DNA from: an uncultured delta proteobacterium
GTDB lineage: Bacteria; Myxococcota_A; UBA9160; SMWR01
Length of the DNA stretch: 64,000 bases
NCBI GenBank assembly: GCA_963832165.1
Contig: CAWHTE010000001.1
Coordinates: 128,001-192,000 of the forward strand
Reading direction: 5' to 3'
The notes beneath the pieces were generated by a model. That model was not told where the DNA came from. It saw only the letters and a list, made by a program, of their open reading frames with translations, and did not search any database. Below are positions 1 through 9,271 of the stretch, one piece after another (position 1 is the stretch's first letter; every line of letters starts with the position of its first letter). Made by a program: the position numbers and the translations under genes.

Positions 1-1
1 G

Positions 2-850
2 CGGCCCGAGCCGACGCCGATCGGCCACGAGTTCTCCGCGGTGATCGAGCGCGTGGGCGGCGAGGTGAAGCGCTACCGCGCGGGCGCGCGCGTGGTGGTG
101 AATCCGCTCGCGGGTTCCAACCTGATCGGAAACGGCGGCGAGCTCGGCGCTTTCGGGCCCGAGCTGATCGTGCGCGAGGTCGATGCGGGCGGCGTGCTGT
201 TCCCGATTCCCGACGACCTGCCGTTCGACCGCGCGGCGCTCGCCGAGCCGCTCGGCGTGGGCATGCACGCGGTCGAGCGCGCGCAGCTCGTGCCGGGTGA
301 GAAGGTGGCGATCTTCGGCGCGGGTCCGATCGGCCTGATGTCGCTCGCGGCGCTGCGCTGGCGCGGCTTCGAAGACGTCGCGATCGTCGATCTATCGGAG
401 AAGCGCCTCGGCATCGCGCGCGAGCTGGGCGCGACGCTCGCGCTCAATGCAGGTGCGGGCGACGTGTGGGGCCCGTTGTGCGAGCTGCACGGCGTCGAGA
501 AGTGGCTCGGCATGGTTCCGTGCGCGGGCACTCACGCCTACATCGAGGCGTCCGGTGCGCCGTCGGTGATCGGCGAGATCATCGCGAAGGCGCGCCCGCG
601 CGCGCGCATCTCGGTGGTGGCGCTGCACCGCGAATCCCGGCCGGTCGATTTCCTGTCGCTGATGGCGAAGGAGATCACGCTCACGGGCTCGATGGCCTAT
701 CCCGACGACTACGCCGAGATGGTGCGCATCCTCACCGAGGTGGACCTCTCGCCCGCGATCACGCACCGCTTCCCGCTAGCGCGCTTCGAGGAGGCGTTCG
801 ATACCGCGCGCGACGCGAGCACCTCGGGCAAGGTGATCATCGAGCCGTAG
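2..850 (+). CDS. Zinc-dependent (MDR family) alcohol dehydrogenase, 5' end outside the window
   Basis: The frame stays open upstream of 41 (RPEPTPIGHEFSAV, GHE motif). It has GAGPIG nucleotide-binding, LAEPLGVG and a typical MDR C-terminus (ITHRFPL...SGKVII). Confidence 0.88.
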   Translation, partial: RPEPTPIGHEFSAVIERVGGEVKRYRAGARVVVNPLAGSNLIGNGGELGAFGPELIVREVDAGGVLFPIPDDLPFDRAALAEPLGVGMHAVERAQLVPGEKVAIFGAGPIGLMSLAALRWRGFEDVAIVDLSEKRLGIARELGATLALNAGAGDVWGPLCELHGVEKWLGMVPCAGTHAYIEASGAPSVIGEIIAKARPRARISVVALHRESRPVDFLSLMAKEITLTGSMAYPDDYAEMVRILTEVDLSPAITHRFPLARFEEAFDTARDASTSGKVIIEP

Positions 851-851
851 A

Positions 852-2024
852 TCAAGCGCCCGTGGATTGCTGCGCGGCGATGGACGCGTAGGCCGCCGAG
901 ACGAGCCGCTCCGAGCGCGGGTCGCCCGCGATGCCGAGCTGCATCTGGTTCATGACGTAGCCGAACGCGAGGCCCGCGGCGGGATCCGCGAGGCCGAGCG
1001 AGCCGCCCGCGCCCGGGTGACCGAATGCGGTGTCGGGGGCGTCGAGGGACAGCATCGGCGGCAGCGCGAAGCCCGATGCGAAGCGCGTGGGCATCAGGAT
1101 CACGCGGTCGGGGCCTTCGACCTGTGGCGCCACCGCTGCGGCCAGGGTCTCGGGCGAGAGCAGCCGCACGCCGTCGACCTCACCGATCAGCGACGCGTAG
1201 AAGCGAGCGAGCCCGCGCGCGGTGCCGATGCCGTTCGACGACGGCATTTCCGCAGCGTGCAGCGCGCGCGTGTTCCAGATCGGTCCGTAGGGCAGCACGC
1301 CCGACGGGCCCTCGAGCGCGCGACCGAGCAGCGTGTCGGGTCCCATGAACTTGTCGCGCAGCGCGCGCTGCTCGGGATCGCCGGGCTCGGGCGCGGTGTA
1401 GTTCGTGGCGACGCGCGGCTCGATCGCCTCGGGCAATCCGATCCAGAGCTCGAGCCCGAGCGGGCGCGCGGCTTCCTGCGCGAGCAGCTGCCCGACGGTC
1501 TTGCCCGTCACGCGCCGCACCACCTCGCCGAGGATCCAGCCGAACGTGCGCGCGTGGTAGCCGTGTGCGGTGCGGGGCTCCCAGTTGGGCTTCTGCGCCG
1601 CGATCGCGGCGCACACGGGGTGCCACGCGAACACGTCGTCGAGCGTGAGCTGGCCGTCCACCGCAGCGATTCCCGCGCGATGCGTGAGCACGTCGCGCAC
1701 CGTGATCGCGTGCTTGCCGTTCGCGGCGAACTCGGGCCAATAGCGCGCGACGGGTGCGTCGAGCTCGAGTCGACCCCGCTCTGCGAGCCGGTGGACGAGC
1801 GCCGCGGTCACGCCCTTCGTCGACGAGAACACGAGCGCAGCGGTGTCGCGCTGCCACGGCCGGCCCGACTCGCGATCGGCGAAGCCGCCCCACACGTCGA
1901 CGACGCGCTCGCCATTCCAGTAGACGCAGCAGGCTGCGCCCACCTCGCTGTCGGCGAGGTTCTTCGCGAACGCCTCGCGCACCCACTCGAATCCGTCCGT
2001 CCAGGCGCCGTGTACCGTCGTCAT
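852..2024 (-). CDS. Serine hydrolase, beta-lactamase/EstB family
   Basis: Start MTTVHG at 2024; SxxK motif (FSSTK), LTHRAG, HGYHARTFG, FGHPGAGGS. Confidence 0.88.
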   Translation of the reverse strand: MTTVHGAWTDGFEWVREAFAKNLADSEVGAACCVYWNGERVVDVWGGFADRESGRPWQRDTAALVFSSTKGVTAALVHRLAERGRLELDAPVARYWPEFAANGKHAITVRDVLTHRAGIAAVDGQLTLDDVFAWHPVCAAIAAQKPNWEPRTAHGYHARTFGWILGEVVRRVTGKTVGQLLAQEAARPLGLELWIGLPEAIEPRVATNYTAPEPGDPEQRALRDKFMGPDTLLGRALEGPSGVLPYGPIWNTRALHAAEMPSSNGIGTARGLARFYASLIGEVDGVRLLSPETLAAAVAPQVEGPDRVILMPTRFASGFALPPMLSLDAPDTAFGHPGAGGSLGLADPAAGLAFGYVMNQMQLGIAGDPRSERLVSAAYASIAAQQSTGA

Positions 2025-2044
2025 CGGGGGCCTCTGTAGCAGGT

Positions 2045-2923
2045 TCAGCGCCCGCGCCGCACCTCGAGCGCGACGCCGCACAGGATCGCCGTGGCGCCGA
2101 TGAGCGCGAGCGCACCCGTGCGCTCGCCGAGCCCGAGCGTGCTCGCGGCGAGGCCCACGATCGGCTGCACGAAGATCATCACGCCCATCGTACCCGCGCG
2201 CGTGCGATGCAGCGCCCAGTTCCAGAGCCACGTGACGAGCGCGGTCGAGGTCGCAGCCAGCACGAACACCCAGAGCAGCGCGGGAACCGCACGCGCGGGA
2301 TCGACGGACTCCGTGCTCGCGAGCAGCGCGAGCGGCGGCAGCGTGAGCGCGACCGCCGCGAGCGAGACGCGGCCCTCGTCGTGGCGCTCGAGCAGCGACT
2401 TGGCGCCGAGCGTGTAGATCGCCCACGCGAGATGGCCGGCCGCCATCAGCACATCGCCGAGCGCGTCGCCGAGATCGGGGCGCAGCCCGTCCTGCAGCAC
2501 GACGAGCCCCGCCCCGAGCGTGCCGAGCGCGACTGCGATCGCGCGCGTGCGCGGCAGGCCCTCGGAGAGCAGGAGCGCGCTGCCGAGCACGATGCCGATC
2601 GGTTCGAGCGGCGTGAGCAGCGCGTAGGCGACCGCGGTGGAGCGCTCGGCGCCCGTCGCGAGCAGGACCTGCGGCAGCGCGAAGCCGCCCCACGAGATCA
2701 GCAGCAGGAGTGCGATGTCGCGAGCCGTCCAGGGAGCGCGGCGGCGCGGCGCTGCGCTGCGCCCGACGTGCGCGAGCGCGAACAAGAACACGATGCCGAT
2801 CGCCTGGCGCGAGAACACGAGCGTCCAGGGCGGAAGGCCCGCGAGCGCGAGCTTGGTCCAGATCGGGGTGAGCCCGCCGAGCACCTGGGCGGCGAGTGCG
2901 GCGGCGAGCACGAGCGGCGGCAT
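2045..2923 (-). CDS. DMT/EamA family membrane transporter
   Basis: 292 aa with about 10 hydrophobic segments and a two-repeat EamA pattern (GDVLM...AWAIYT, QPIVG...LGE). Confidence 0.85.
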   Translation of the reverse strand: MPPLVLAAALAAQVLGGLTPIWTKLALAGLPPWTLVFSRQAIGIVFLFALAHVGRSAAPRRRAPWTARDIALLLLISWGGFALPQVLLATGAERSTAVAYALLTPLEPIGIVLGSALLLSEGLPRTRAIAVALGTLGAGLVVLQDGLRPDLGDALGDVLMAAGHLAWAIYTLGAKSLLERHDEGRVSLAAVALTLPPLALLASTESVDPARAVPALLWVFVLAATSTALVTWLWNWALHRTRAGTMGVMIFVQPIVGLAASTLGLGERTGALALIGATAILCGVALEVRRGR

Positions 2924-2996
2924 GGCGCGCGCACGCTAGCGCGCCCTTCTCGCCGGGCCTTCGCGCTCGCTAACCGCTCGCGCTCGGGCTCCGAGC

Positions 2997-3023
2997 CTTC
3001 GCTCGGCTACGCCTCGCTGCGCG
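2997..3023. repeat. REP-like dispersed repeat copy (CTTCGCTCG-GCTACGC-CTCGCTGCGCG)
   Basis: Same arms as the copies at 21789, 22409 and 48399; overlaps the stop of the DUF3703-like gene. Confidence 0.7.
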
Positions 3024-3384
3024 TCGGCCGACTCCGTCGGCCTCCTTGCTGGAGCAGCGCCTTCAGATCCGGCGGGATCTCCATGCGCTCGAAGAAGCCG
3101 ACGTTCGCGCCGCCCGTGTTGCCGCCGGGCGGAATGCCGAGCGCCGACCCGATCGCCGCGGCGGGCAGCCGCACGATCTGCCCCACGATCTCGCGCACGT
3201 CGCGGCGCAGCCAGCCGATGTGCAGCATCTCGACGTGCGTGCGCACGTGCGGCACGACGTACTGCTGACCCAGGATGTGCGCGCGCTCGAGGTGGCGGAA
3301 CGCGTCGTCGAGCGAGCCCGCGCGGCGCGCGGCTTCGGCCTCGCGCAGCTCGGACTCGAACGCCGAGCGCAGCTTCGGATTCAT
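3007..3384 (-). CDS. DUF3703-like protein
   Basis: Motifs AFRHLERAHILGQ, H-x3-H and P.GNTGGANV..F..M.IP.DL, as I recall for DUF3703. Confidence 0.75.
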   Translation of the reverse strand: MNPKLRSAFESELREAEAARRAGSLDDAFRHLERAHILGQQYVVPHVRTHVEMLHIGWLRRDVREIVGQIVRLPAAAIGSALGIPPGGNTGGANVGFFERMEIPPDLKALLQQGGRRSRPTRSEA

Positions 3385-4628
3385 CGCGCCGAGGATAGTC
3401 GAACCCGCAGGTGATCGGGACCGCGGAAGGCGACGCCCCGGATGCACGGGGCCCGGAAGCGCGGATCGACATGGAGCTCGGCGAAGCGATCGAGCAGCGC
3501 GCCGATCGCGACGGTCGCTTCGAGGATCGCGAGGCGCGAGCCCGCGCAGTAGTGGCGGCCGAGCCCGAACGCGAGGTGCGCCTCGCCCTGCCGATCGACG
3601 TCGAAGCGGTCCGGGTCGGGGAAGCGGGTCTCGTCGCGATTCGCGGAGCCGATCCCGAGCACGAGGTCGCGGCCGCGCGCGATGCGCGTCCCCGCGATCT
3701 CGACGTCCTCCGTCGCCGTGCGCGAAAGGATCTGGATCGGCGACTCCCAGCGCAGCGTCTCCTCGAGCAGACGGCCGATCCGGCTGCGGTCCGCGCGCAC
3801 CGACGCGAAGAGCGCCGGGTCGCGCAGCATCGCGAAGAGCGCACTCCCGAGCAGGTGATAGGTCGTCTCGGCTCCCGCGAGCACGAGCAGGTAGAGAAAG
3901 CTGATCACCTCCTCGTCGGTCAGCGCACCTCCAAGGGCGGTGGCCGAGGCGAGCTCGCTGATCAGATCGTTGCCGGGCCGGGATCGCTTCTGGGAGACGA
4001 GCGGCGCGAGCGCGGCCGCCATGTTCTTCACCGCGGCGAAGCCGCGCCCGGGATCGGTCGCGACCATCGAGAGATCGGCCGACCAGCCGTGAAACGTCCT
4101 CACGTGCTCGGGCGCAAGACCGAGGATCTCCGTGAACACGCGCAGCGGATACACGTACGTGAACTCCGCCACGAGATCGGCGGCATCCCGCTGCTCGAAC
4201 GAGTCGATCACGGCCTCGGCGATCGACGCGACGATGCGCGGAAACTCACCCGCGAGCGAGCGCGGAGCGAGCGACGGCGTGATCAGGCTGCGGTGCTTCA
4301 AGTGCTCCCGGCCGTCCATTCCGATCAGCGTCCGCCCGATCACGATGCCGATGCCGCGGTCCGTGTTCGACCGGCTCGAGAAGCGCTCGTGGTCGCGCAG
4401 GACGGCGAGTACGTCGTCGTAGCGGGACACGAAGTACGAAGTCCCGGAGAGCAGCTCGACCACGGGCGCTTCGCGGCGCGCTCGGGCATAGAGCGGGTAG
4501 GGGTTCGCGATCGGCGCGGTCGGCCCGGCCAGGAACATGTCGGGGACCGTGAGCGGCAGGATCTCGTCGGTGGACCCGATCGTTTGCAGCGAACTGATAT
4601 CGACAGCGGCGGCGGCTACATCGTGCAT
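3381..4628 (-). CDS. Cytochrome P450
   Basis: I-helix AGAETT, ExxR (ETLR) and heme motif FGLGRHYCAG. Exact start uncertain. Confidence 0.93.
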   Translation of the reverse strand: MHDVAAAAVDISSLQTIGSTDEILPLTVPDMFLAGPTAPIANPYPLYARARREAPVVELLSGTSYFVSRYDDVLAVLRDHERFSSRSNTDRGIGIVIGRTLIGMDGREHLKHRSLITPSLAPRSLAGEFPRIVASIAEAVIDSFEQRDAADLVAEFTYVYPLRVFTEILGLAPEHVRTFHGWSADLSMVATDPGRGFAAVKNMAAALAPLVSQKRSRPGNDLISELASATALGGALTDEEVISFLYLLVLAGAETTYHLLGSALFAMLRDPALFASVRADRSRIGRLLEETLRWESPIQILSRTATEDVEIAGTRIARGRDLVLGIGSANRDETRFPDPDRFDVDRQGEAHLAFGLGRHYCAGSRLAILEATVAIGALLDRFAELHVDPRFRAPCIRGVAFRGPDHLRVRLSSAR

Positions 4629-4633
4629 GGATC

Positions 4634-4662
4634 AGTCAATCGAGACGCGCCACCCCTGTCAA
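4634..4662 (-). promoter_or_regulatory. Candidate sigma70 promoter for the P450 (TTGACA-17 bp-TTGACT)
   Basis: Perfect -35 TTGACA (4662-4657), 17-bp spacer and a weak -10 lying 5 nt before the ATG at 4628. Confidence 0.35.
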
Positions 4663-4743
4663 CGAAAATCCGAGCGGCGAGACGAGCCGTTAGGCGCAAG
4701 TCGCGCGCAGGCGATGTGCAACTGCGACGCGAACAGCGCTCCG

Positions 4744-6483
4744 CTACGCGAGTCCGAGCTCCGCGAGCACGGCCATCTGCGCCAGGTCGCCGTCGATCAC
4801 GAGGCGCCGCGTGTTGAAGGCCTCCGCGCCCGAGAGATCTCCGTTCGCGATCTGCAGATAGCTCGCCGCATCGGCACGGATCGTCACCGTGGCATCGGCG
4901 CGCTCGGCGGGCGCGGTGTCGATCGTGAGCGCGCCGTCGCGCACCGCGAGGATCCACGTGCCGCCGTGCTCTCCCGTGAGCGCGTACTGCACCACGAGCT
5001 CGACGCCCGCGGCCTTCGCGGGATCGAAGCGGCTCGCCATCGCGGCGAACAGCTGCTCGACGGAGTCGACGCGGCGGGCCGCGAGCCGCGCGGCGCGCGC
5101 CCGCTCGCGCGCGAGCACGTCGGCTTCCATCGCCGCGATCGACTCGGCGAGGATCGCCGCGATCTGGTCCGCGCACGCGCGATCGATCGTGAGCGGAGGC
5201 GCGAGTCCCACCACCTCCGTCCCCATCGCGCGCACGTAGAGCCCGCGCTGCCAGGCTTCCGCTTCCACGCGTGCACAGGCCGAGTGCGGCTTCGAGAAGC
5301 CGCGCCGCGTCGCCTTGTCGGCGACGAGCTCGATGCCGATCATGAGCCCCACGCCGCGGATATCGCCCACGGAATCGAAGCCGCCGAGCATCTCGCGCAA
5401 GCGCTCGATCAGATAGGCGCCCACGTCGGCTGCGTTCTCGGCCAGGCGTTCGCGTTCGAGGATCTCGATGTTGGCGAGGGCCGCGGCGCAGCACGTGGGA
5501 TGGCCCATGTACGTGAAGCCGTGGCTGATCGGCATCTGGTTCGGCAGCTTCGCGCTGATCGTCTGGTAGATCTCCTCGGAGACCACCGACGCGCCGAGCG
5601 GCAGATAGCCGCTCGTGATCCCCTTCGCGAGCGTCACGACGTCGGGCCGCACGCGATAGCGCTCGAAGCCGAACATCGTTCCCGTGCGCCCGAAGCCCGT
5701 CACGACCTCGTCGAGGATCAACAGGATCCCGTGGCGGTCGCAGATCTCGCGGATGCGCTCGAAGTAGTCGTCGGGCGGGGGGATGATGCCGCCTGCGCCG
5801 TACACGGGCTCGGCGATGAACGCCGCGATCGTCTCGGCGCCGTCGCGCTCGATCAGGCGCTCGAGCTCGTCGGCGCACGCGAGCCGGCAGCTCGGATAGG
5901 TCTTGCCGAGCTCGCACTTGAAGCAGTAGGGTGCCGCGACGTGCGCGAAGCCGGGCGCCTCGGGTCCGAAGTTCCAGCGCAGCGGCATGATGCCCGTGGC
6001 GGTCATCGTCGCGATCGTGAGTCCGTGATAGGCATGGTGGCGAGCCACGATCGTCGTGCGCCGCTCCTCGCCGCGCAGCGCCCAGTAGAGGCGCACGAGC
6101 TTGATCGACGTCTCGTTGGCCTCCGACCCGCCCGACGAGAACATCACGTGCGAGAGGCCGTACTCGCGCGGGAACATCGAGCACAGCTTCTCGGCGAGCT
6201 CGATCGCGCGCGGGTGGGACTGGCCGTGGAAGGTCGTGAAGTACTCGAGCGTCTCCATCTGCTCGCGCACGGCCGCGATGATCTCGGGGCGCCCGTGCCC
6301 GACCGCCACGCACCAGAGCCCGGAGAACCCGTCGATCAGGCGGTGTCCGCGATCGTCGGTGATCCACCAGCCGTCGCCTTCGACGATCACGCGCGCGCCG
6401 TCGCTCTCCATCTCGCGTGGCGGCGTGAGCGGGTGGATCAGATGGGCGGCGTCGCGCTCGGCGAGCGGGGTCCGCCCGGGCAT
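4744..6483 (-). CDS. Class III PLP aminotransferase with C-terminal SCP2 (sterol carrier) domain
   Basis: GLWC..GHG, SGGSEANE, DEVVTGFGRTG and the PLP lysine in TLAKG. The C-terminal ~105 aa (FDPAKAAG...GGTW...ADATVTI...AF...L.IDGD) is SCP2-like. Confidence 0.9.
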   Translation of the reverse strand: MPGRTPLAERDAAHLIHPLTPPREMESDGARVIVEGDGWWITDDRGHRLIDGFSGLWCVAVGHGRPEIIAAVREQMETLEYFTTFHGQSHPRAIELAEKLCSMFPREYGLSHVMFSSGGSEANETSIKLVRLYWALRGEERRTTIVARHHAYHGLTIATMTATGIMPLRWNFGPEAPGFAHVAAPYCFKCELGKTYPSCRLACADELERLIERDGAETIAAFIAEPVYGAGGIIPPPDDYFERIREICDRHGILLILDEVVTGFGRTGTMFGFERYRVRPDVVTLAKGITSGYLPLGASVVSEEIYQTISAKLPNQMPISHGFTYMGHPTCCAAALANIEILERERLAENAADVGAYLIERLREMLGGFDSVGDIRGVGLMIGIELVADKATRRGFSKPHSACARVEAEAWQRGLYVRAMGTEVVGLAPPLTIDRACADQIAAILAESIAAMEADVLARERARAARLAARRVDSVEQLFAAMASRFDPAKAAGVELVVQYALTGEHGGTWILAVRDGALTIDTAPAERADATVTIRADAASYLQIANGDLSGAEAFNTRRLVIDGDLAQMAVLAELGLA

Positions 6484-6486
6484 CGG

Positions 6487-7302
6487 CTAGCGCGCACCGC
6501 GCTTCGCGCGCGCGTCGATCGTGTTGCGCTTCACCGCGCGCCGCATGAACTCGGGTGCGACCGCCTGGATCACGTAGGCGGGCGAGATCCCGCCCGGGTA
6601 GGTGATCTCGTGCTTGCCCTTCGCAAGCGCATCCATCGTCGCGTCGACGAGCGCTTCCACCTCCACCATGCCGCGCTTCGCGGCCGGCGGCATGCGCGAC
6701 AGCGCCTCCTCGTCGAAGAACGGCGTGCGGATCACGCCCGGGCACACCGTGAGCACGTGCACGCCCGCGTCCTCGACCTCGAGCGAGAGCGAGGCGGCCA
6801 GTCCGACCATCGCGAACTTCGAGGCCGCGTAGGCCGACTCCTCGGGAGGTGCGATCTTGCCCGCGACCGACGCGACGAACACGAGCCAGCCGCGCCGCTG
6901 CTCCACCATCGCAGGCAAGAGCGCCTTCGTGAAGTAGAGCGTTCCGAAGTAGTTCACGCGCATCACGCGTTCCATGTCCTCGACCGACCACTCGAGGAAG
7001 GTGCGGTGATGTCCGTAGCCCGCATTGTTCACGAGCATGTCGATGCCGCCCCAGACCTCGCGCGCGCGCGCCGCCGTGGCCGCGACCTCCGCCGCGCTGG
7101 ACACGTCGCACGGCAGCACCACGGCCTCGCTTCCGCCGGAGCGGATCTCGGCCGCGAGCTTCTCGAGCTCCTCCGCGCGGCGCGCCACGAGCGCCACGCG
7201 CGCGCCCTCGCGCGCGAGCCGCAGCGCGAGCGTGCGGCCGATGCCGCTCGAGGCGCCCGTCACGAGCGCGCGCAGCCCCTGGTAGGAGCGCAGCCGCGTC
7301 AT
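6487..7302 (-). CDS. Short-chain dehydrogenase/reductase
   Basis: TGASSGIG, NNAG, S...YAASK; ATG overlaps the TetR stop. Confidence 0.92.
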   Translation of the reverse strand: MTRLRSYQGLRALVTGASSGIGRTLALRLAREGARVALVARRAEELEKLAAEIRSGGSEAVVLPCDVSSAAEVAATAARAREVWGGIDMLVNNAGYGHHRTFLEWSVEDMERVMRVNYFGTLYFTKALLPAMVEQRRGWLVFVASVAGKIAPPEESAYAASKFAMVGLAASLSLEVEDAGVHVLTVCPGVIRTPFFDEEALSRMPPAAKRGMVEVEALVDATMDALAKGKHEITYPGGISPAYVIQAVAPEFMRRAVKRNTIDARAKRGAR

Positions 7303-7940
7303 CGCGCGTTCTCGACGAGCGCGAGGATCACCGACTGCAGGTGCTGCTTGGTGCGCTCGCGGATGCGCGGGTCGGAGAGGTCCTTTCCGAACAGCTTCTT
7401 GTAGTGCGCAGTCGACAGGATGTGGTGGTGCAAGATTCCCTCCACGGTGATCAGCAGCAGGCCCAGATCGTGTTTGGGGGCGCCGAGCCTCTGGCCCGAG
7501 AGCGACTCGTCGATGAACTGCACCCAGCTCTGCTCCTTCAGCGAGACGCCCTTCGCGAGGCCTTCGCCGAGTGTTGCGCGTACCGAGAGCGCCACCCAGC
7601 CGCGCTTCTCGAGAAAGAAATCGAACAGCTCCTCGACGACCTTCTCGACCGTCGTCGCGAGATCGCCCTGGCCCGCGACCACCGCGCCGACGCGCTTGAG
7701 GATCTCGTCGTCCCAGCGCGAGAGCACCGCCTGGTACAGGCCCGGCTTCGAGCCGAAGTGGTGCTGGATCGTGAACGGGCGCACGCCGCATGCGCGCGAG
7801 AGCTCGCGCACCGACACGCCGCGGTAGCCGCGGTTCGCGAACAGGCGCTCGGCGCGGTCGAGGATCCGGGTGCGCGTGCGCTCGGCCTCCTCCTGCGAGC
7901 GCCGGCCGGCCGGGCGCGACTGGACTTTCTTATTGGCCAT
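7299..7940 (-). CDS. TetR/AcrR family transcriptional regulator
   Basis: N-terminal HTH: RILDRAERLFANRGYRGVSVRELSRACGV...HHFGSK. Confidence 0.9.
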   Translation of the reverse strand: MANKKVQSRPAGRRSQEEAERTRTRILDRAERLFANRGYRGVSVRELSRACGVRPFTIQHHFGSKPGLYQAVLSRWDDEILKRVGAVVAGQGDLATTVEKVVEELFDFFLEKRGWVALSVRATLGEGLAKGVSLKEQSWVQFIDESLSGQRLGAPKHDLGLLLITVEGILHHHILSTAHYKKLFGKDLSDPRIRERTKQHLQSVILALVENAR

Positions 7941-7975
7941 GTGTACAGTAAAACACCGCGCGCGCTCCGAGTCAA
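7941..7975 (-). promoter_or_regulatory. Candidate leaderless promoter for tetR (TTGACT-17 bp-TTTACT-6 nt-ATG)
   Basis: -35 at 7975-7970, -10 at 7952-7947, ATG at 7940 with no room for an RBS; lies in the short divergent intergenic region. Confidence 0.5.
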
Positions 7976-8023
7976 CGCGCGCGTTCCCCGAAACCCCCCG
8001 GAATCCAGGCATCTGGAGGTCGC

Positions 8024-9271
8024 ATGCGCGCGCTCGTGATCGGCAGCGAGATGGCGCGGCTCATCGTCACCCGGTTGCTCGCCGCGCTCTCGCCGCGCGC
8101 GTTCGTGGGCCCGACCTCGACGCTGCGGCTGTGCGAAATCCCCGAGCCCACGCTGCCGGCACCCGATTGGGCGGTCGCGCGCACGCGCCTGTGCGGTCTG
8201 TGCGGCAGCGACTACAAGCAGGTGTTCATGAACGGGGCGTTCGACAGCCCGATGACCGCGATGATCTCGTGGCCGCAGGTGCTCGGGCACGAAGTGGTCG
8301 GCGTGATCGACGAGGTCGGACCCGCAGCGACGCGCCGCCGGATCGGCGAGCGCGTGGTGTTGAACCCGTGGCTGTCGTGCGAGACGCGCGGCCTGCCGCT
8401 GTGCGACTGGTGCGAGGAGGGCGACCTCGCGCAGTGCCTGAACTTCGCGCGCGGCAGCGCGGCACCCGGCATCCACACCGGCAACAGCTCGACCGCGACG
8501 GGCGGATTCGCGCAGCGCGTGCCCGCGCACGAATCGCAGTGGATCCCGATTCCCGACGAGATCAGCGACGACGCGGCCGTGCTCGCCGACCCGTTCTCGG
8601 TCTCGCTGCACGCGATCCTGCGCACGCCGCCGCCGCCGGGCGGCACCGCGCTCGTGTACGGTGCCGGCACGCTGGGTCTGTTCGCGATCGCGATCCTGCG
8701 CCTGCTCCACCCGCACGTACGCGTGCTCGCGGTGGCGCGCTTCGATCACCAGGCGCAGCTCGCGGAGAAGTTCGGTGCGGATCGCGTGTTTTCTTACCGG
8801 CCGGCGCTCGGGATCATCGAGGCCGTCGCGGAGGCGTGCGGCGCCGAGATCGCGCGCCCCTGGAGAGGGCTCCCGATGCTTCTCGGCGGTGCCGACGTGG
8901 TGTACGACACCGTGTCGTCGCCCGAGACTCTCGAGGTCGGACTCCGGATCGCGAACATCCGCGGGAGCATCGTGGCGCTCGGCGTCGAGCCGCCGCGCCG
9001 CTTCGAGTGGACGCCGCTCTACTTCAAGGAGATCTCGATCGTCGGATCGAACGGCTTCGGGATCGAGGAGTACGACGGGCGCCGGCAACACGCGATCGAG
9101 TGGTACTTCGAGTTCCTGCGCACGAAGCAGATCGATCTGACTCCGATCATCACGCACCGCTTCCCGCTCGCGGGCTACCGCGATGCCTTCATGACCTGTT
9201 ATTCGCAAGGCGACAACGGCGCCGTGAAGGTGCTGTTCGACCGCTTCACCGACGAGGAGACTTTGCGATGA
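8024..9271 (+). CDS. Zinc-dependent dehydrogenase (MDR, polyol/threonine DH-like)
   Basis: CGLCGSD, GHE, structural Zn cysteines (C..RG...CDWC...C) and GAGTLG. Confidence 0.9.
   Translation: MRALVIGSEMARLIVTRLLAALSPRAFVGPTSTLRLCEIPEPTLPAPDWAVARTRLCGLCGSDYKQVFMNGAFDSPMTAMISWPQVLGHEVVGVIDEVGPAATRRRIGERVVLNPWLSCETRGLPLCDWCEEGDLAQCLNFARGSAAPGIHTGNSSTATGGFAQRVPAHESQWIPIPDEISDDAAVLADPFSVSLHAILRTPPPPGGTALVYGAGTLGLFAIAILRLLHPHVRVLAVARFDHQAQLAEKFGADRVFSYRPALGIIEAVAEACGAEIARPWRGLPMLLGGADVVYDTVSSPETLEVGLRIANIRGSIVALGVEPPRRFEWTPLYFKEISIVGSNGFGIEEYDGRRQHAIEWYFEFLRTKQIDLTPIITHRFPLAGYRDAFMTCYSQGDNGAVKVLFDRFTDEETLR

Noticed and set aside
7870..9267. N-terminal 466 aa of the 1737-aa ORF
   Set aside because: Shadow frame overlapping the Zn-dehydrogenase; the real start is the ATG at 9268.
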